From contig CAWFQL010000012.1 in assembly GCA_963817915.1 (NCBI GenBank), positions 416,001 through 480,000 on the forward strand: DNA of 64,000 nucleotides, read 5' to 3'. This stretch comes from an uncultured candidate division Zixibacteria bacterium (GTDB taxonomy: Bacteria > Zixibacteria > MSB-5A5 > UBA10806). The position numbers and the translations under genes were made by a program. Below are positions 62,050-64,000 of the stretch, piece by piece (within the stretch, counting starts at the first letter, position 1; the number at the start of each line of letters is the position of its first letter). The notes under the pieces are model-generated. The model had not been told where the DNA came from. It ran no database searches and was given only the letters and a program-made list of their open reading frames with translations.

Positions 62050-63102
62050 TCAGGCAACCGGTAATGTAATCGTAAAGGTAGTGCCATTTGCTGGCGCGCT
62101 ATCTACCTTGATCTGTCCGCCATGTTCGTCAACTATCGTCTTGGCAGTCGCCAAACCTAAGCCTGTACCGTGCGCCTTGGTCGAGAAAAAAGGATCGAAT
62201 ATTTTCACCAGGTTGTCGGGCGCGATTCCTTTTCCGGTATCGGCAATTGTAATTTCGACAGATTTTGGTGAGTCATCTGATCTTAGACGATTTTCAATCA
62301 TTATCGTGCCGCCGTCGGGCATGGCCTGCATGGCGTTGATAATTATATTCAAGAATAGCTGATGCAGCCTGTTCTTGTCGCCCATAATATGGGGGAAACT
62401 GCGCGGTTCGAATTGAATCTCTATATGATGTTTCTCGAATTCATTTAGCATCTGCCTTAATATGGTCGAAAGTAATTCACCCGCGTCCAGATCAGTCTTA
62501 TTGATTGGGGTCGGTTTAGCGTATGAAAGATAATCGCCCACTACAGAATCAAGGCGATTGACTTCTTTTTCTATTATCGATGTGAATTCGGTTCTATCAT
62601 TTGCCGGCGTGGTTTTATCTTTGAGAATCTGCACCGCTCCTTTTATCGACCCCAATGGATTTTTTATCTCATGCGCGATAGAAGCAACCATCTGCCCCAT
62701 CAACGATAACCGTTCAGATTGACGAAGCTTATTTTCAGCTTCATCCTTTTTCTTGCGAGAGGCTTTTTCGCTTTCAAGCAATATCCCTGAAAATCCGCCA
62801 ATTGCGAAATAGAATACTATTTCCACCAATTCGCTATAAAGCTCATTGGGATCGTTAACTGGCTTTATTCCTATATAAATTATTGAAAAGACACCAATGA
62901 CTGTTGCTGTAAGCAGCCCGCCACGCAATCCAAACCAGATCGCGCCAAGCACAATCGGGATATAGCAAAGCCGCCCATGGATCGCGTGGATGAAATGGGA
63001 GTGCCCGATCATCGAGCCGAAAAGTATATCGTAATAATGAAATGTAAGTGTCAATGATGTGATTATGATCACCAGAATCAATTTTGTCCGTTGAGTAAGC
63101 AT
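62050..63102 (-). CDS. Membrane sensor histidine kinase
   Basis: Several TM segments; AHEIKNPL, N box, DTGKG, GTGLGL. Confidence 0.93.
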   Translation of the reverse strand: MLTQRTKLILVIIITSLTLTFHYYDILFGSMIGHSHFIHAIHGRLCYIPIVLGAIWFGLRGGLLTATVIGVFSIIYIGIKPVNDPNELYSELVEIVFYFAIGGFSGILLESEKASRKKKDEAENKLRQSERLSLMGQMVASIAHEIKNPLGSIKGAVQILKDKTTPANDRTEFTSIIEKEVNRLDSVVGDYLSYAKPTPINKTDLDAGELLSTILRQMLNEFEKHHIEIQFEPRSFPHIMGDKNRLHQLFLNIIINAMQAMPDGGTIMIENRLRSDDSPKSVEITIADTGKGIAPDNLVKIFDPFFSTKAHGTGLGLATAKTIVDEHGGQIKVDSAPANGTTFTITLPVA

Positions 63103-63120
63103 GAGATATTAATAGCCATA

Positions 63121-63158
63121 ATTCTACAAATGTCAACAAAATTGTAGAATATTCTACA
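63121..63158. promoter_or_regulatory. Putative enhancer-binding-protein sites
   Basis: ATTCTACA at 63121 and the perfect palindrome TGTAGAATATTCTACA at 63143-63158. Confidence 0.55.
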
Positions 63159-63257
63159 TAATACGATCTTTACCACCATTTATTCAACCCTCAGTATATG
63201 CCGGTAATTCATTGAGTTATATTGCCTTAGACGTTTTCATGTCGATCTATATGAATA

Positions 63258-63273
63258 TGGTATGTTTCTTGCA
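63258..63273 (+). promoter_or_regulatory. Sigma54 promoter for the TolC-family gene
   Basis: TGG-TATGTTTCTT-GCA; adjacent to the divergent sigma54 activator genes. Confidence 0.7.
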
Positions 63274-63402
63274 TTAGGACAGATAGTATGAAGCAATGAT
63301 GGTGAAGCAAAAAAATAGGATGACAAAGTAGAATTTTAGTAATTAGTTAGATATCAAATATGGTATAGGATCAATATAATGTGATGAAAGAACGAAATAG
63401 GA

Positions 63403-64000
63403 ATGAATAATCTCAAATACATTATCGCCTTATTATCGGCGTTAATTCCTCTAACTCTTCAGGCTCAGGTAAATGATACACTCACCTTGAATGATGTCCT
63501 CAAACAAGTGATAAGCCACAATGATCGGCTTACCGCCGCGCGCTACATGGAAAAAGCAGCATACGCCAAAATCGGTCCCGCAGGCGCCTGGGATGATCCC
63601 ATGCTGATGCTGGGTGTGGTCAATGTTCCTACATCATTTGATTTCAAAATGGACGATATGACCATGCGAATGATTGGTATCAGCCAGAATATTCCTTATG
63701 CAGGGCAAAAGCATATGCAGACTAAAGCGGCCAGAGCGGACGCCGAAGCTTCGGGAGAAGAAAAACGAGGCATGGTAGTGGATATGGCTACCGCCGCAAA
63801 GTACGCTTATTACGATCTTTATTATCGCCAATTGATCCTGAAAGATATGAATGATCAAAAACAACTGCTTCAAGATATCCTGAATTCGGCGATGGCGAAA
63901 ATTCAAACGAACCAGGCAAATCAATCTGATGTATCAGCTGCTCAAGCCGATCTCTGGCGGCTCGAATCAGAGATCCTATCGACTCAGCAAATGATCGATG
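63403..64000 (+). CDS. TolC/CusC-family outer-membrane efflux protein, runs off the window
   Basis: MNNLKYIIALLSALIPLTLQAQ signal; WDDPMLMLG..MTMRMIGISQNIPYAG; KYAYYDLY. Not in the ORF track because it has no stop in the window. Confidence 0.82.
   Translation, partial: MNNLKYIIALLSALIPLTLQAQVNDTLTLNDVLKQVISHNDRLTAARYMEKAAYAKIGPAGAWDDPMLMLGVVNVPTSFDFKMDDMTMRMIGISQNIPYAGQKHMQTKAARADAEASGEEKRGMVVDMATAAKYAYYDLYYRQLILKDMNDQKQLLQDILNSAMAKIQTNQANQSDVSAAQADLWRLESEILSTQQMID

Noticed and set aside
63634..63924. Minus-strand 96-aa ORF
   Set aside because: Antisense shadow of the TolC-family gene starting at 63403.

Overview
Bacterial chromosomal window. Dockerin-like GDxNxxxxxNGLD repeats and 'YPNPFN...GIYF' C-terminal sorting domains suggest an FCB-superphylum organism, probably Zixibacteria (inference). 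From left to right it holds: (1) a Hyf-like Ehr membrane complex operon whose large subunit lacks the Ni-binding cysteines (1-6490); (2) DinB, two peptidases and an RRM RNA-binding gene; (3) small secreted proteins at 11.6-13.6 kb; (4) a large beta-helix/FN3 surface protein and a ~26 kb exopolysaccharide/surface-glycan locus resembling exosortase-A-associated loci, flanked by sigma54-type promoters; (5) an SPFH/membrane/TPR operon; (6) a 6 kb stack of cassettes delimited by repeats of the tmRNA 3' end, carrying a second RRM gene, GT4-hydrolase plus GH130, a Cas2/VapD-like + PIN pair and a 336-bp GIY-YIG unit; (7) tmRNA, fabH, NlpC/P60, a sigma54 two-component system and the start of a TolC-family gene. 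The best candidate for an undescribed system is at 11.6-13.6 kb. These proteins look like FN3 domains lacking strand A, with a C-terminal donor-strand motif (GIGPPRxxxW). A complete T9SS-type sorting domain is hidden in the -1 frame behind a G6 run, suggesting a donor-strand filament with a frameshift-generated terminator/secretion isoform. Several genes carry single-base indels that are probably assembly errors, which limits confidence in any frameshift-based claim. All product calls come from motif recognition, not database searches.
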